This document shows, piece by piece, positions 27,566 to 42,082 of a stretch of 64,000 bases of DNA. The stretch lies in the NCBI RefSeq assembly GCF_000485595.1, contig NW_014577088.1:1119391-1183390 (forward strand). Reading direction: 5' to 3'. The translations under genes were made by a program, and so were the position numbers. Origin of the DNA: Priapulus caudatus. Taxonomy: Eukaryota. The notes beneath the pieces were generated by a model. That model ran no database searches, had not been told where the DNA came from, and saw only the letters and a list, made by a program, of their open reading frames with translations. How positions within the stretch are numbered: the first letter of the stretch is position 1; each line of letters opens with the position of its first letter.

Positions 27566-30319
27566 GAAAAGACAATGGCGCGGACGGTCAGTGATAGTCG
27601 CTCGTTAACAGCTGTCGTGCAATGTCCGGTGGTAATCGCTACCTAGCGATGATTACACATCGAGATTATTCGCACATATCCGAATAATTCGCAAGGAACG
27701 CTTGCGACGGAGCAATGGCCGCTGGGCCTACTCGCCCCGGTTCGCGCGTTGTATACGTCGTTATACTTATCGGTGTATTGTTTCATCGTCGCCGCAGGCA
27801 AAGTGGCTAAAGGGGTGAACAAGCAGGGGCTGACCGGCAATATTTGTGACCTCGGTATTACCCCTAAATTAGCGAGGCTGCAGCTAGGGGTTACTAACAC
27901 CGCACGTATCATAAACGTATATAACCTATTTATATATGCACTAGTTCGGTACACCGCGTTGCCTGGACGACCAAACTATATGCTCATATTTGAAGAAGAA
28001 GTTATATAGTCAGTGATGCGAGAAACATTTTATGCAATGTTTTTTTGTCATTAACGACACTGAATGGCATAGCATGAAAGAGTATACTATAACGAACACA
28101 GTAATTGTACCATGTTTGGTGATAAGAAGTGAGTATGATGTGAGGATTAACATTGAAAAAGGCAACGTAACGTAAGGTTACAAAAAGTTATATAACATAA
28201 CATATCATACCATAAGGTGATATAAAATAGCATATGTGAGACTATCACAAACTAGTATGACATTATTTTAGCACAGCAGAACATAATTAGAAGACCATAA
28301 AATAGTAGCACAATACAGTATTTATATATCAATAAAGTAAAAGTACGGTTAATGGTACTTAACATAAACATTATGTAACATAACAAAATGCCAGGTAAGG
28401 AAAGGTAACGAAACGTAATATAACGTAACATAATCTCGCTCAACATAGGCACGACATAACTGTAAAATAACAACTTTTGGCACGACATAACTGTAAAATT
28501 CACATAATTGTAAAATCAGTGAACATGTTGGAGGCAGACTGTATAGTAATGAAGTTTTACGTATCGTTCGCAACGGGACTAAACGATGAATAGCGTAGGG
28601 AGACTACATAGATGTGGATTTAGCTATAATATGCCATAATTGCAGACTATATTCCCAAACAGGCTAATCTATATTGTGTGCAAATAAAGCTTCGCGTGCA
28701 AAGAAAATGAGGATATTGTGGAGATATCGTAAGAAATACGGATATGATGACAGCAGAATATACATTCTAGCAGACACTGCAATATATCGATTATATTATA
28801 TTATATATATATATATATATATATTGTGCAGAATTTAAATGTAGATATCCTATGTATAATTGGGTACCGAGCATTGGCTGTGTTGCTTTCGTGCGTAAAT
28901 CTAGATATATGTACATGTTTTAGAAAAAAAAGCAATACATACGGTAAAGGGGCAATAGGTTTTACTAAGAGGAGATAATTAGCGTGAAAGACCACTGTTA
29001 TAAGAACAGCAATAGTACATTAGACCTGCGTTGTCACTATGACAAGACACCGACGCGTGCCGGTTGGCGGAATTATGTTAGCTGATTGGCTAATTTTGCT
29101 TTCCGTGTTCTGTCGTCATGAAATATTTCTTTAGCATAAAACCCAGGCCGGGTAGGCGCCCAGCGTTCTTGGGACGTATAGTTAGTATGATATATCATAT
29201 ATATACTATAACTATATTAAATATTATGTGCTGGTGTGTGTGTCTGTGTGACCTTTGTGTGTGTGTTACTCTGTGTGTGTGTGGTGTTTGTGTGCTGTGT
29301 GTGTGTGTGTTGTGTGTGTGTGTGTTGTGTGTGTGTGTGTGCGTGTTGGTTGATATTAAAAAGGCATGTGAGATCCTGTGTGTGGTGTGTGTGATGGGTG
29401 GTCTGGTGTGTGGCACCGTGTGTGTGTGCTGTGACGCCTGTGTGGTGTGTGTGTAGTAGTGTGTCGTGGCTGTGTGTGTGGTGTGTGTGTGTGGTGTGTG
29501 CGTGTGCGTGTGCTTGTGCGTGTGCGTGCACGTGTGGTAGTATCTGATATAATGGTTAGGTATTATGCTATTAGCCAACTTTTGTTATATATATATATAA
29601 TCACTAGCAATAAAAAAATGAATGATCGAAAGAAAATCATGAAGAGGCCGACATGGATACCAATATGGTTACTGCAAACATAATTTTGGCATTCGTTTGC
29701 ACGAATCTCGAAACTAAATTGATTTTGCAAGCGTGGTGTTGTTAGTTACAACGTATGCGTTCGGTAACGAACAAGTGAGTTCGTAGTTAGTAGGTCGTCA
29801 GTCGTATAAATGTTTTAATAAATGACAGGGCGGTATTTGAATATTCATAATGTGCAGACCATACCTATGTGTACTAAATAATGATGTTGAGATAAAGATG
29901 ATAATGATGACGATTGGTATAATATTAATAATAATATTATTATTATTAATAATAATAAAATAATAATAATAATAATAAATATAAAAATAATATCAGGAAA
30001 TTTAAGATGAATTCAATTTGAAATTTGTTTGCTAAATACATGACTTCACTGTTTATGTTAGAGATATTATCGACGTATCCATCCACTCCATCCGTCAGCA
30101 CGCAGACGGTTACTTTGCTGAAGTGAAGACGGTGCAAAATCGCTTCACTATTTATCCAGCGAAACCAAACAAACTCGGCATCTAGCCGGATGCACTGACA
30201 TACGAAATGGCCTCAAGATTTGTTTAAATGTCTTATGTATGTTTCTTTGTATGATCCGACGGTGCGTAGCCTCTATACTCCACCAACATGTTCTCTACCG
30301 AAACATGCGTCTGTCAGCG

Positions 30320-30690
30320 TTTACTCTGCTGGCTTTTATTCTGCCGGCTTGTCCTCTGCCAGCTTTTACTCTGCCGGCTTGTCCTCTGCCAGCTTTTACT
30401 CTGCCGGCTTGTCCTCTGCCAGCTTTTACTCTGCCGGCTGTGTCTCTGAGCAGCTCTTTACTCTGGCCGGCTTGTCGCTCTGCCAGCTTTTACTCGCCTT
30501 CTGCCGCTTTACTCGTGCGGCTGGCTGCAGCGTTTAACTCTGCCGGTTTTTTTCCCTGCTGCCAGCTTTTCGTCTGGCCCCGGTTTGTCCTTCTGCCGAG
30601 CTTTTACTCTGCCGGCTTGGTCCTCTGCCAGGGGGTTTACCTTTTTGCCGGTTTGTTCTCTGCCAGCTTTTACTCTGCCGGCTTGGTTAC
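30320..30690. repeat. About 30-bp minisatellite (TTTTACTCTGCCGGCTTGTCCTCTGCCAGC)
   Basis: 3-4 near-perfect copies followed by degenerate copies. Confidence 0.85.
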
Positions 30691-30780
30691 TGATTACTAT
30701 TACACGCGCTTTTACGTACTTCTGTCATTTTTCACCTTGCTCACGTTATCCCTCCAGTATAACTGCTAACTTGTTGTATT

Positions 30781-30845
<65 letters not shown>

Positions 30846-33600
30846 TGGTGATGTCTGTTGTGCGTGTGTGTGTGTGTGTGTGTGTCAAATGTAATTACAC
30901 GCATGTATGGGATGGACTCGTGGTACGGCCGGGTAGGCGTGGGCGTGGGCGGTAGTGGGGCGGGCCGCGTGGGCCTCGCGTGTATAGGACCAGCCGACCA
31001 CCTGCACAATGTAAACGCATTGCTGGCTGAGGTCCGGTTCAGAACGTCGGCAAACAGGCGGGGAACAGATCTCCTTTATTTATTATAGTTGCCGCGATAT
31101 GATCAGTATCTGCGTAGCTGTGCCGCGGCTGGTGCTGACATGCGAGAAAGCGGCGTAGCTAGAACTGAGGGTTTAACTGCGAACTAGGTGCAATACGACT
31201 GGATTCGATTTGGCTGGATCGCCGGGATTCGAATTTTGAATCGAGGCATCGAAATACATCGAGTCTATGCAACGCGCTGGTAGATCATTGATGCTTAGTT
31301 TATGATAAAGCTGTGAGCGTATTCTGCTATAATGGATGTCATTTCGTTTAGCAACGGAAAATTACATATGGCAATGTATCTTCGCAATGCTGAAACGGTC
31401 GCTGTATCTATATAGCTAGTGTAACCATGAATTGGAGGCGCCGCAAAAAGCAACTTCACTGGCATTTCTTCGTTACTCGTAGAGACGCAATAACAAAGGT
31501 TTCTGGTTAATTTTTTAGCAATCCTTTTTACCATATTGGTGTTACTGAAGCATTTGAGGAACATACAGGTACACTTTTCTTGCATCATTGTTTGATTGAC
31601 GTGCGATTATCTATTTACAACGACGAGTACCAGTCTCATCATCCAGTGCCCAGTGAGAGGCTCTACTGAAATCAACTGACCCAAACCAGCTCATCATTTG
31701 ATTCATTATGAATGACATCTAGTAAGCAGAAAAACGCTCACCATATCCGGAATAAAAAAAGGAAAATCACGGTTGCAGTACAAATTGCGGTAAAACTGCT
31801 GTAATGTAATGTATAATGTAAAAGTTTAATTACATGATCAATGTGTATTTCTTTGCAGGAACAATATGTTCTGTCGTGATAGGTTGGTTATTGATGCTAT
31901 AGTGACATGTTTTTTGCACATCTTCTATCCAAACGCCGTTTATCCGATGGCGCAATCCTTTGCGGTTTATTGTAATAAGAGTGTCACCGCTATCACATGT
32001 CAAATATTGTCGACGCTTTGCTATTTAGTTAAAACAACGACGAAAGCACATGTGCAATACTGGAAGTATGTTGCAGTAGAGCCTAGCGTTGACGGATAAT
32101 ATTGCAAGCAAATCTGAGCTCAATATAAAGTGGGCGCGAGATAAAGAAAGAAGTAAATTATGCATATATTACTGAACAATAAACATTAAACGTTCATTGC
32201 AACCATGATCTAAGGTGTTCTCGCTAGCAAACGTGCACGTGCAAAGTTACACGTGCTCGGCCTCTGCACGGATAAGCTTAGCTCTCAAAATATTGCAATG
32301 ACAAAAAAATATAAAATTACATGATGTGGCGCCATCTAGTGTCAGAAATTGACATTTAGATAGAATATTTAGTATAAGTTAGCTATAAAGTAAATAAGGT
32401 AAATAAGTTATAACCAAATAAATAACGATGTTTACATCTTTTGTATGCACGTGTAATATCACCTTTGTACTTCGAACAAGAGATCACGGCCAAGTTAATG
32501 TGCGATACTTCCCACTGATATGTGACAGGTGGTTTGAGTACATATAGCGTTTGCTTCAATCCGTCTTGCTGAAATTGACCGACCACGGATTGTATCTTCG
32601 AGCAATTCTGGCCCGATGGACATTGGAATACTTATGGACCCCAGATTTTCCGCGTTCATTGGGTGCCCTTTTGCCATGCAATATAGGCAACCACACGATA
32701 CAATAAAGGTATCTTCTATTATATACGAACAATCTCGTAACAGCATAGACTGGTACTTCATTCGTTGCTCTTGCAGATAAGAGTGTAATCGACATAATAT
32801 GCCATTGTAAAGCAGGGGATGACAAACCACCGCTTACTGTTCTGTATTCAATTAGTCAATCGAATTCGTCAAATTATCGATTCTTAGAAATCTGGCATAA
32901 ACAGAGCTTTTTGGGCATGGGATGTACAAAAAAAGCAGATATATTTAACAGAATATAACGGAGTATTCTAACTAGCGTAACTTTATTTCAGGGATACATG
33001 AACTCAATTAATTAATTAACAAATTTAGCTATCGTACACCAGATTATATAAGCATGTATGCATGTAGTTTACTAAATATAAGTATTGTTTTCAAACGTAT
33101 TCGGAAAAGGAACTTATAAAGTAACGACGTTCCGTCTAGTCCGACTATTACGTTATACTTCTTTGCTATATGTAAATGCCACGGGAGCACGTCCCAGAAT
33201 CACGAAGCGGATGCGTGATAATCTCTAAAGAAATGTGCGACCTAAGAATTGCGAATATTCACCCCGGTGAGGGGGTGGTGGGGGTGGGTGCCGAATGATG
33301 AAATCTATTATTAATAAATATCACCCACGATCTATATATAATTGCAAACCGCTCAGGTTATGGACCTATTTGTGTAGTAATTCAAATTATTGCTTGGTAT
33401 CTAGTTTGACAAGACAGAATAGACCATTATAAGATGCGAATTTGGGTGTTTATGGAGGTGGCGCTGCTGACTGCTTACAACACATTGCTGCAGTGATATC
33501 TGTGTACGCACTCGCGCGCGCATAACTTCACGTGAATACTTGAATAAATACGAATAGATGCGGTTCAGCTCGCACTCAAGGCTGGCTTATATTGCTGAAA

Positions 33601-34110
33601 ATGCTGTGGAAAGCAACCGTGATAGTTCTCGTGGTATTGGTGGCTCAGCTTTCCGCCGTACCGCTACGCGATCAGCTCACGGTGCGAATCCGGGCCACCA
33701 AGCATAAACCTACCGTTGAGAAGGATGCCGGGCGCTTTAATGAGGTGGTGCACGTGGAACCAACCAAGGCATACACCTATATGCTAATGAATGAAACTGT
33801 TGATAGCTACGACGACGTAAACCATGGTGTGAATTGGGAAGACACTAAGAACGACACAAGTGTTAGTGGCAGCGGCAACGGCGACGGAGTGGAAGCTGAG
33901 GAAAACAGAGAAGAAACTATGACAAACGAAACTGAGAGCGAAGAAGATCACAAGGGGACGAAAGAGACGGCGAATAATGAAGAAAATTCCGATAATCAAG
34001 ACAATGAAGGTGATGCTGATGCTGATGCTGACAACGAGGATGCTACTGCATATAATTACAATGAGGATAATGATGGTTGTGATGAAGGCGACGACGATGG
34101 TAGCAACGAA

Positions 34111-34142
<32 letters not shown>

Positions 34143-34164
34143 TGATGAAGATGACAACGACGAT
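33601..34164 (+). CDS. Secreted Asp/Glu-rich protein, copy 1 (truncated by gap; possibly an allele of the 37270 copy)
   Basis: Signal peptide MLWKATVIVLVVLVAQLSA followed by an acidic region and poly-Asp running into Ns; paralogous to the 42083 gene. Confidence 0.6.
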
Positions 34165-34250
34165 NNNNNNNNNNCGTTTACTTCCGTTCGTTACGTTACG
34201 TTAACTTCTACTACGTACTTACGTACGTACTTACGTACGTTACGTTGTTG

Positions 34251-34337
<87 letters not shown>

Positions 34338-34362
34338 TGTGTGCGTGTGTGTGTGTGTGTGT

Positions 34363-34396
<34 letters not shown>

Positions 34397-35719
34397 CAAA
34401 TGTAATTACACGCATGTATAGGATGGACTCGTGGTACGGCCGGGTAGGCGTGGGCGTGGGCGGTAGTGGGGCGGGCCGCGTGGGCCTCGCGTGTATAGGA
34501 CCAGCCGACCACCTGCACAATGTAAACGCATTGCTGGCTGAGGTCCGGTTCAGAACGTCGGCAAACAGGCGGGGAACAGATCTCCTTTATTTATTATAGT
34601 TGCCGCGATATGATCAGTATCTGCGTAGCTGTGCCGCGGCTGGTGCTGACATGCGAGAGAGCGGCGTAGCTAGAACTGAGGGTTTAACTGCGAACTAGGT
34701 GCAATACGACTGGATTCGATTTGGCTGGATCGCCGGGATTCGAATTTTGAATCGAGGCATCGAGATACATCGAGTCTATGCAACGCGCTGGTACATTGAT
34801 GCTTAGTTTATGATAAAGCTGTGAGCGTATTCTGCTATAATGGATGTCATTTCGTTTAGCAACGGAAAATTACACATGGCAATGTATCTTCGCAATGCTG
34901 AAACGGTCGCTGTATCTATATAGCTAGTGTAACCATGAATTGGAGGCGCCGCAAAAAGCAACTTCACTGGCATTTCTTCGTTACTCGTAGAGACGCAATA
35001 ACAAAGGTTTCTGGTTAATTTGTTAGCAATCCTTTTTACCATATTGGTGTTACTGAATCATTTGAGGAACATACAGGTACACTTTTCTTGCATCATTGTT
35101 TGATTGACGTGCGATTATCTATTTACAACGACGAGTACCAGTCTCATCATCCAGTGCCCAGTGAGAGGCTCTACTGAAATCAACTGACCCAAACCAGCTC
35201 ATCATTTGATTCATTATGAATGACATCTAGTAAGCAGAAAAACGCTCACCATATCCGGAATAAAAAGAGGAAAATCACGGTTGCAGTACAAATTGCGGTA
35301 AAACTGCTGTAATGTAATGTATAACGTAAAAGTTTAATTACATTATCAATGTGTATTTCTTTGCAGGAACAATATGTTCTGTCGTGATAGGTTGGCTATT
35401 GATGCTATAGTGACATGTTTTTTGCACATCTTCTATCCAAACGCCGTTTATCCGATGGCGCAATCCTTTGCGGTTTATTGTAATAAGAGTGTCACCGCTA
35501 TCACATGTACGTGTTGTCAAATATTGTCGAGGCTTTGCTATTGAGTTTAAACAACGACGAAAGCACATGTGCAATACTGGAAGTATGTTACAGTAGAGCC
35601 TAGCGTTGACGGATAATATTGCAAGCAAATCTGAGCTCAATATAAAGTGGGCGCGAGATAAAGAAAGAAGTAAATTGTGCATATATTACTGAACAGTAAA
35701 CATTAAACGTTCATGTTAA

Positions 35720-35786
35720 CAAGAGCGGATAATACCTAGTATAGTATATTTCATAGGATAATAATAGTAGGTATTATCCGCTCTTG
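35720..35786. mobile_element. 67-bp palindromic MITE with perfect 7-bp TSD, present in only one duplicate copy
   Basis: ATGTTAA|CAAGAGCGGATAATACCTA...TAGGTATTATCCGCTCTTG|ATGTTAA; absent at the homologous site near 32195. Confidence 0.8.
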
Positions 35787-37269
35787 ATGTTAAGGTGCTC
35801 CCGCTAGCAAACGTGCACGTGCAAAGTTACACGTGCTCGGCCTCTGCACAGATAAGCTTAGCTCTCAAAATATTGCATTGACCAAAAAATATAAAATTAC
35901 ATGATGTGGCGCCATCTAGTGTCAGAAATTGACATTTAGATAGAATATTTAGTATAAGTTAGCTATAAAGTAAATAAGGTAAATAAGTTATAACCAAATA
36001 AATAACGATGTTTACATCTTTTGTATGCACGTGTAATATCACCTTTGTACTTGGAACAAGAGATCTCGGTCAAGTTAATGTGCATTTAGTTTTTTTCTTC
36101 TGATATTTCTGATTTTCTGATACTTCCCACTGATATGTGACAGGTGGTTTGAGTATATATAGCGTTTTCCTTCAATCCGTCTTGCCGAAATTGACCGACC
36201 ACGGATTGTATCTTCGAGCAACTCGGGCCCGATGGACATCGGAATACTTATGGACTCCAGATTTTCCGCGTTCATTGGGTGCCCTTTTGCCATGCAATAT
36301 AGGCAACCACACGATACAACAAAGGTATCTTATATTATATACGAACAATCTCGTAACAGCAGAGACTGAATGCACGGTCGGCCCATTTCATTGCCTGTAT
36401 ATTTCGTATACGGGCTAGTGTACTTCATTCGTTGCTCTTGCAGATAAGAGTGTAATCGACATAATATGCCATTGTAAAGCAGGGAATGACAAACCACCGC
36501 TTACTGTTCTGTATTCAATCAATCAATCGAATTTGTCAACTTATAGATTTTTAGGGATCTGGCATAAACAGAACTTTTTAGGCATGGGATGTACAAAAAA
36601 AAAACAGATATATTTAACAGAATATAACGGAGTATTCTAACTAGCGTAACTTTATTTCAGGGATACATGAACTCAATTAATTAATTAACAAATTTAGCTA
36701 TCGTACACCAGATTATATAAGCATGTATGCATGTAGTTTACTAAATATAAGTATTGTTTTCAAACGTATTCGGAAAAGGAACTTATAAAGTAACGACGTT
36801 CCGTCTAGTCCGACTATTACGTTATACTTCTTTGCTATATGTAAATGCCACGGGAGCACGTCCCAGAATCACGAAGCGGATGCGTGATAATCTCTAAAGA
36901 AATGTGCGACCTAAGAATTGCGAATATTCACCCCGGTGAGGGGGTGGTGGGGGTGGGTGCCGAATGATGAAATCTATTATTAATAAATATCACCCACGAT
37001 CTATATATAATTGCAAACCTCTCAGGTTATGGACCTATTTGTGTAGTAATTCAAATTATTGCTTGGTATCTAGTTTGACAAGACAGAATAGACCATTATA
37101 AGATGCGAATTTGGGTGTTTATGGAGGTGGCGCTGCTGACTCCTTACAAGACATTGCTGCAGTGATATCTGTGTACGCACTCGCGCGCGCATAACTTCAC
37201 GTGAATACTTGAATAAATACGAATAGATGCGGTTCAGCTCGCACTCAAGGCTGGCTTATATTGCTGAAA

Positions 37270-37938
37270 ATGCTGTGGAAAGCAACCGTGATAGTTCTCG
37301 TGGTATTGGTGGCTCAGCTTTCCGCCGTACCGCTACGCGATCAGCTCACGGTGCGAATCCGGGCCACCAAGCATAAACCTACCGTTGAGAAGGATGCCGA
37401 GCGCTTTAATGAGGTGGTGCACGTGGAACCAACCAAGGCATACACCTATATGCTAATGAATGAAACTGTTGATAGCTACGACGACGTAAACCATGGTGTG
37501 AATTGGGAAGATACTAATAACGACACAAGTGTTAGTGGCAGCGGCAACGGCGACGGAGTGGAAGCTGAGGAAAACAGAGAAGAAACTATGACAAACGAAA
37601 CTGAGAACGAAGAAGATCACAAGGGGACGAAAGAGACGGCGAATAATGAAGAAAATTCCGATAATCAAGACAATGAAGGTGATGCTGATGCTGATGCTGA
37701 CAACGAGGATGCTACTGCATATAATTACAATGAGGATAATGATGGTTGTGATGAAGGCGACGACGATGGTAGCAACGAAGACGACGACGACGACGACGAA
37801 TCGTCATCATCATCGTCGTCGTCATCATCATCGTCGTCGTCATCATCATCGTCGTCGTCATCATCATCGTCATCGTCACCGTCATCGTCGTCATCGTCGT
37901 CGTCGTCTTCATCATCATCGTCGTCATCATCGTCGTCA

Positions 37939-37970
<32 letters not shown>

Positions 37971-38364
37971 GTCGTCGTCGTCTTCATCATCATCGTCATC
38001 GTCATCTTCGTCATCGTCATCTTCGTCATCTTCATCGTCTTCATCATCGTCGTCTTCATCGTTGTCATCTTCATCATCGTCATCGTCGTCGGACGATGAT
38101 GATGACGATGACGATGATAATGACGACGATGATGATGAAGACGACGATGGCGACGATGATGAGGACGATGACGATTGTGATGATGATAATGATGATGACG
38201 AAGAAGAGGAAGAGGAAAACGTAAGGGAAGACGAAGAGGAAGAGGAAAAAGAAGAAGAAGATGAAGAGGAAGACGAAGAAGAAGATGAAGAGGAAGGGGA
38301 GGCGGATCAGGAGGAAGAGGATCAGGAAGTAGAAGAAGAAAAAGAAGAAAGGAGAAGAAGATGA
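37270..38364 (+). CDS. Secreted Asp/Glu(/Ser)-rich protein, copy 2 (paralogue of exon 1 of the MAM-domain gene)
   Basis: Signal peptide MLWKATVIVLVVLVAQLSAVPLRD resembles MLWKFALIVCALLVVQLYAVPIRD. Acidic, poly-Ser, poly-Asp and poly-Glu tracts follow. The 3' end is uncertain (apparent frameshift near 38350). Confidence 0.65.
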
Positions 38365-38542
38365 TGATGATGCATCAGCAGGAATAATATGGAAATGGGC
38401 AACTTTTAGCTGCAATCCGCAGGTATAAACTGGTATTGATCGATCCATCATTATTTACATATCATGAATACAGGCGTACATGAATTAGAGATCTCTGGTT
38501 CCTGCACCGCTGATTATATATTATATGTATATATATATATAT

Positions 38543-38646
<104 letters not shown>

Positions 38647-39333
38647 GAGATAGAGAAAGAAAGAGAGAGAGCGAGAGGAAAAAGNNNNNNNNNNTGTATA
38701 TAATATATATATTTATATGAAAAGTTATGAACCCAAACTCTACCTTAAATATTCAGTCAGCCTCGCCTATAAATGCGGCGCTAAGACTTAAAAGCATGAT
38801 CGACTCTCGTCTGAAATGTAAGAATTAAAGTGAATACTGTGAATCTTCTTTCAGTATCACATATCTGCTCTATCAAAACGACAACGATCACCGACGACGA
38901 TAACTGTAACTGTAACTGTAACTGTGACGATAACTGTAACCAATATTTGCGACAACCAGGCGTAACGAAGTTAGTGCCAGCGGAAACGATACTAAAGAAC
39001 GTATGTCTAGAAACGAGAACCAGGTGGCGCCACCGACAGAGAACGTTATATCCGTCAGTCTAGTTGCATTCAATAAGCAGCAACACGATGTAATTCGCTG
39101 CTGACGGAGTAATATTATGTGTGAGTTTAGAAAAATCATCACGCGAATCTGAAGTTAATTATAAAGAAACGCGAGATGGATAAAACAAGTGCATGATAAA
39201 GAGGTTTAATTATTGCACCATTAGAAAAAGTTAATGGGAATCTTATGCTTGCCAATTTTACAGATAATAATAATATATAGAATAATCTTATAGATAAAAT
39301 TCATGGGAAAGCATTAATAGAATACAGTAGAAT

Positions 39334-39373
39334 CAGGAGCGTATAATGACATATTTGTCATTATACGCTCCTG
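39334..39373. mobile_element. 40-bp palindromic micro-MITE with perfect 7-bp TSD
   Basis: GTAGAAT|CAGGAGCGTATAATGACA-tatt-TGTCATTATACGCTCCTG|GTAGAAT. Confidence 0.8.
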
Positions 39374-40273
39374 GTAGAATGTATGCACGGTTTGGATCTC
39401 GAATGTTAAGAAAGGAAATATAGTGCATAAAAAATAGCCACCCGGTACCATATAATATGGCTTAATGATTTTGAGCGGGCAACATTCATCTCACTGTGTC
39501 ACAGATTTTTCACGTTGCAGACACTTAATTGCTTACACTTGCGGTACTAAGTTTTTTTCTTTTGTGTGTGCGAGCGTGCATACATGTGGTGTGTGTATTA
39601 TGTATGTATGTGTCTGTTAGTATAATAAACGATAATAATTACAGATGGTTAATTCTGGTTTAAAATTGTACGCTATATGGTCGAAGTTGATTATGTGTAG
39701 GTTAATGCCAATTACTGCCATGTTTGCATGTAGATATTATGTTTCGGATAGCATATATGCCCTGACGTTGTTCAATTGACCTATAATATTCAGCTAGCCT
39801 TTATCCCTTTAAGACATAACCCTGTCTGCCGATGCTCGCAGCTCTCCCTGAATCGGTCCTAAATTAAATTATTCTATGGAGTCCCATTTCCCCATACTGT
39901 AGCAAAATGCGCCAATGTGCGTTTGTGCGTCCGCCATGCGCGGTGTGATATCGCGATATCTCGCGAGGAAAGCACGCGTAAAATTACCTTGTGCCAATTG
40001 TCCTGGCCGTTTTGGATGCCGTCATGGACGTTGAAGATTCTGTCAGTCAGAACGTACGCCTAGTATAAGCGTTACGATCGAGATGATGTAGGAACGTATA
40101 TTGCAATATAGTGTACGTTGTTCATCGCACAGATCTATTTACCCGATGTGTAATGGTTGTTGGGCTGACAGGGCTTATATTAAATGCCGTTCAATACTTT
40201 GGAAACACTTGTTACCTTTAAAAATATTACAAATCATAAATCCCTGTCGTTACAAGAATGCAACCAGCAGACT

Positions 40274-40308
<35 letters not shown>

Positions 40309-40314
40309 ATATAG

Positions 40315-40630
40315 GGACATGTATGAAGAAGAGGCCTGGACAGCTCATTTTACACGCGACAACCACACCGCAGCGGATTTTCAGTGCAGGGGCCTTGAAA
40401 AAATATTCTCGGACCCACCCGAACATCCACGCACGATCCGCAACAGAAAGAAAAGAGAAGCCTATTGGATCCACAATCTAAACACCATCCAACCATACGG
40501 ACTCAACCTACGGGTCGAAATACCGGGATGGATAGAAGACTATCACAGTAACCCTGCCAACATGGAATCCACGTGAGGCTATCCCTAGCCAGACGACCCC
40601 AGGGTAGCGAGCATTTCGATTCACTTTTTA
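40315..40630 (+). mobile_element. Penelope-like retroelement fragment (GIY-YIG endonuclease C-terminus)
   Basis: AHF..NHT..DF..GLEKI..RKKREAYWIHNLNTIQPYGLN matches the RE-xWI-L-T-P-GLN motif of PLE GIY-YIG domains; flanked by (TA)n on both sides. Confidence 0.8.
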
Positions 40631-42082
40631 AACACACTTATATATATATATATATATATATATGCTCATCGCGAAGTATCGTATGACGTCGGCTTGCCAG
40701 GTGGTTGGTAATGATATTAATTGTTATAGCAATACAAAACAGCAATGTCAACACTCAAGCTCTATATCATTTAACAGCGCACACTCAATGTCTCAATCTC
40801 TCCCACAACAGTTTAAATCTCAACCAATTGCCATTTTGAAAAATGATTGTACAGTACTTCTGTTTAGCGCTGGCGAACATTACAAACAATCTTTGTTTCT
40901 AGCGACGAAATCAACGGCGCATCATCTTGTCCAATATGAGTGTTATAAATAATTCTTATAATTAAAATATCGCCAGTAACATGATCATCGTCACTAACTA
41001 TCTAGCAACCAAATCGGCAGCGATAAACGGAAATTAAGCATTGGCCGCACACCGGCGCACGTATACAACCAGTTGTTTTCTGCCGGAAGTAAATTTATTA
41101 TGCAAATAGATCGTTGTTAGATATCACGGGATTTCGCAAAGTGGTCTGGATACCAGCGATAATGTCGCGAGCGACATGAAAGCGTTACGGTAGCATCATA
41201 AATGGGCTGATATATTTCGTTTTGTTTGTAGAAGGAAACCTGAAGGAAGTACGTTTTAATGAAATACGTGTTCGTCAAGAAACGCCGTCAGATAGAACAA
41301 GTTAAATGCGTATATTTCGTAAACAATTGTTCGACGTTCCGCTGAATTTAAACTGTACAGATACAGCCGATTTAACCGGTGATAAATTGCGCCCCCGCGA
41401 CTACGTTATTTGGCAATCTCACATCGCTCTATTATACGGGAAGTGCAGACCTACTGATTACATGCGCCCCACCCAAAGGATGTGCGCTTATCTACCAGGA
41501 CACAGGCCGTAAGAATTAAACATGCCACACTGGGGGAGGGGGGAAGGTTGATCGAGTCGCCGATTTTACGAGTATTCTGTCGCAACAACTGTCACTCGGT
41601 ACGACAGGCCTGGTATTTGGATACAACATTGTTGCTTCACGACCCCCCGCCGAATCTCACGATCACAATAACAAGAGATAATATAATATGCAAGTCTATG
41701 AACGTCAGCAGACAGTCATGACGTCAGACTCTCCACTAGACCTCTCGCACAACCATGCACCCCTTCTCCACATCCACTATGTTTATGGACGCTAACAATA
41801 ACTCAATCATATAAAAAAGCCAAGATTGAGATAAAATACTGAGATAGCTGTAGACGTGAGTTTTTTTCTTCTAAACATCGGTTGGGTTTGACCGACGGTA
41901 TATGTCACATGGCGCAGTACTCATGCAGGCGCGCCTAAACGCGACGATGCTAGAGTAACAGACGACATTTATCTGTGGTGATAGCCGTGCGCGGATATCT
42001 TCACATGAACGCAAGGCAACCGTGTACGACATCGCGCGCACTTCCGCCCGAGGCTGGCTAGAAGATCCAACTATTATTGAGA

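Larger units (their letters stand above)
30883..37797 (+). repeat. Near-identical 3.3-kb tandem duplication (30883-34164 / 34394-37797) separated by an assembly gap
   Basis: Both copies start gtcaaatgtaattacacgcatg after (TG)n and run collinearly to the acidic ORF. They differ by scattered SNPs and a few indels. N-gap at 34165-34174. Confidence 0.92.

Noticed and set aside
34175..34599. C-terminal extension of the 335-aa ORF (CVCVCV...)
   Set aside because: Read-through across an N-gap into (TG)n and the start of the duplicated segment.
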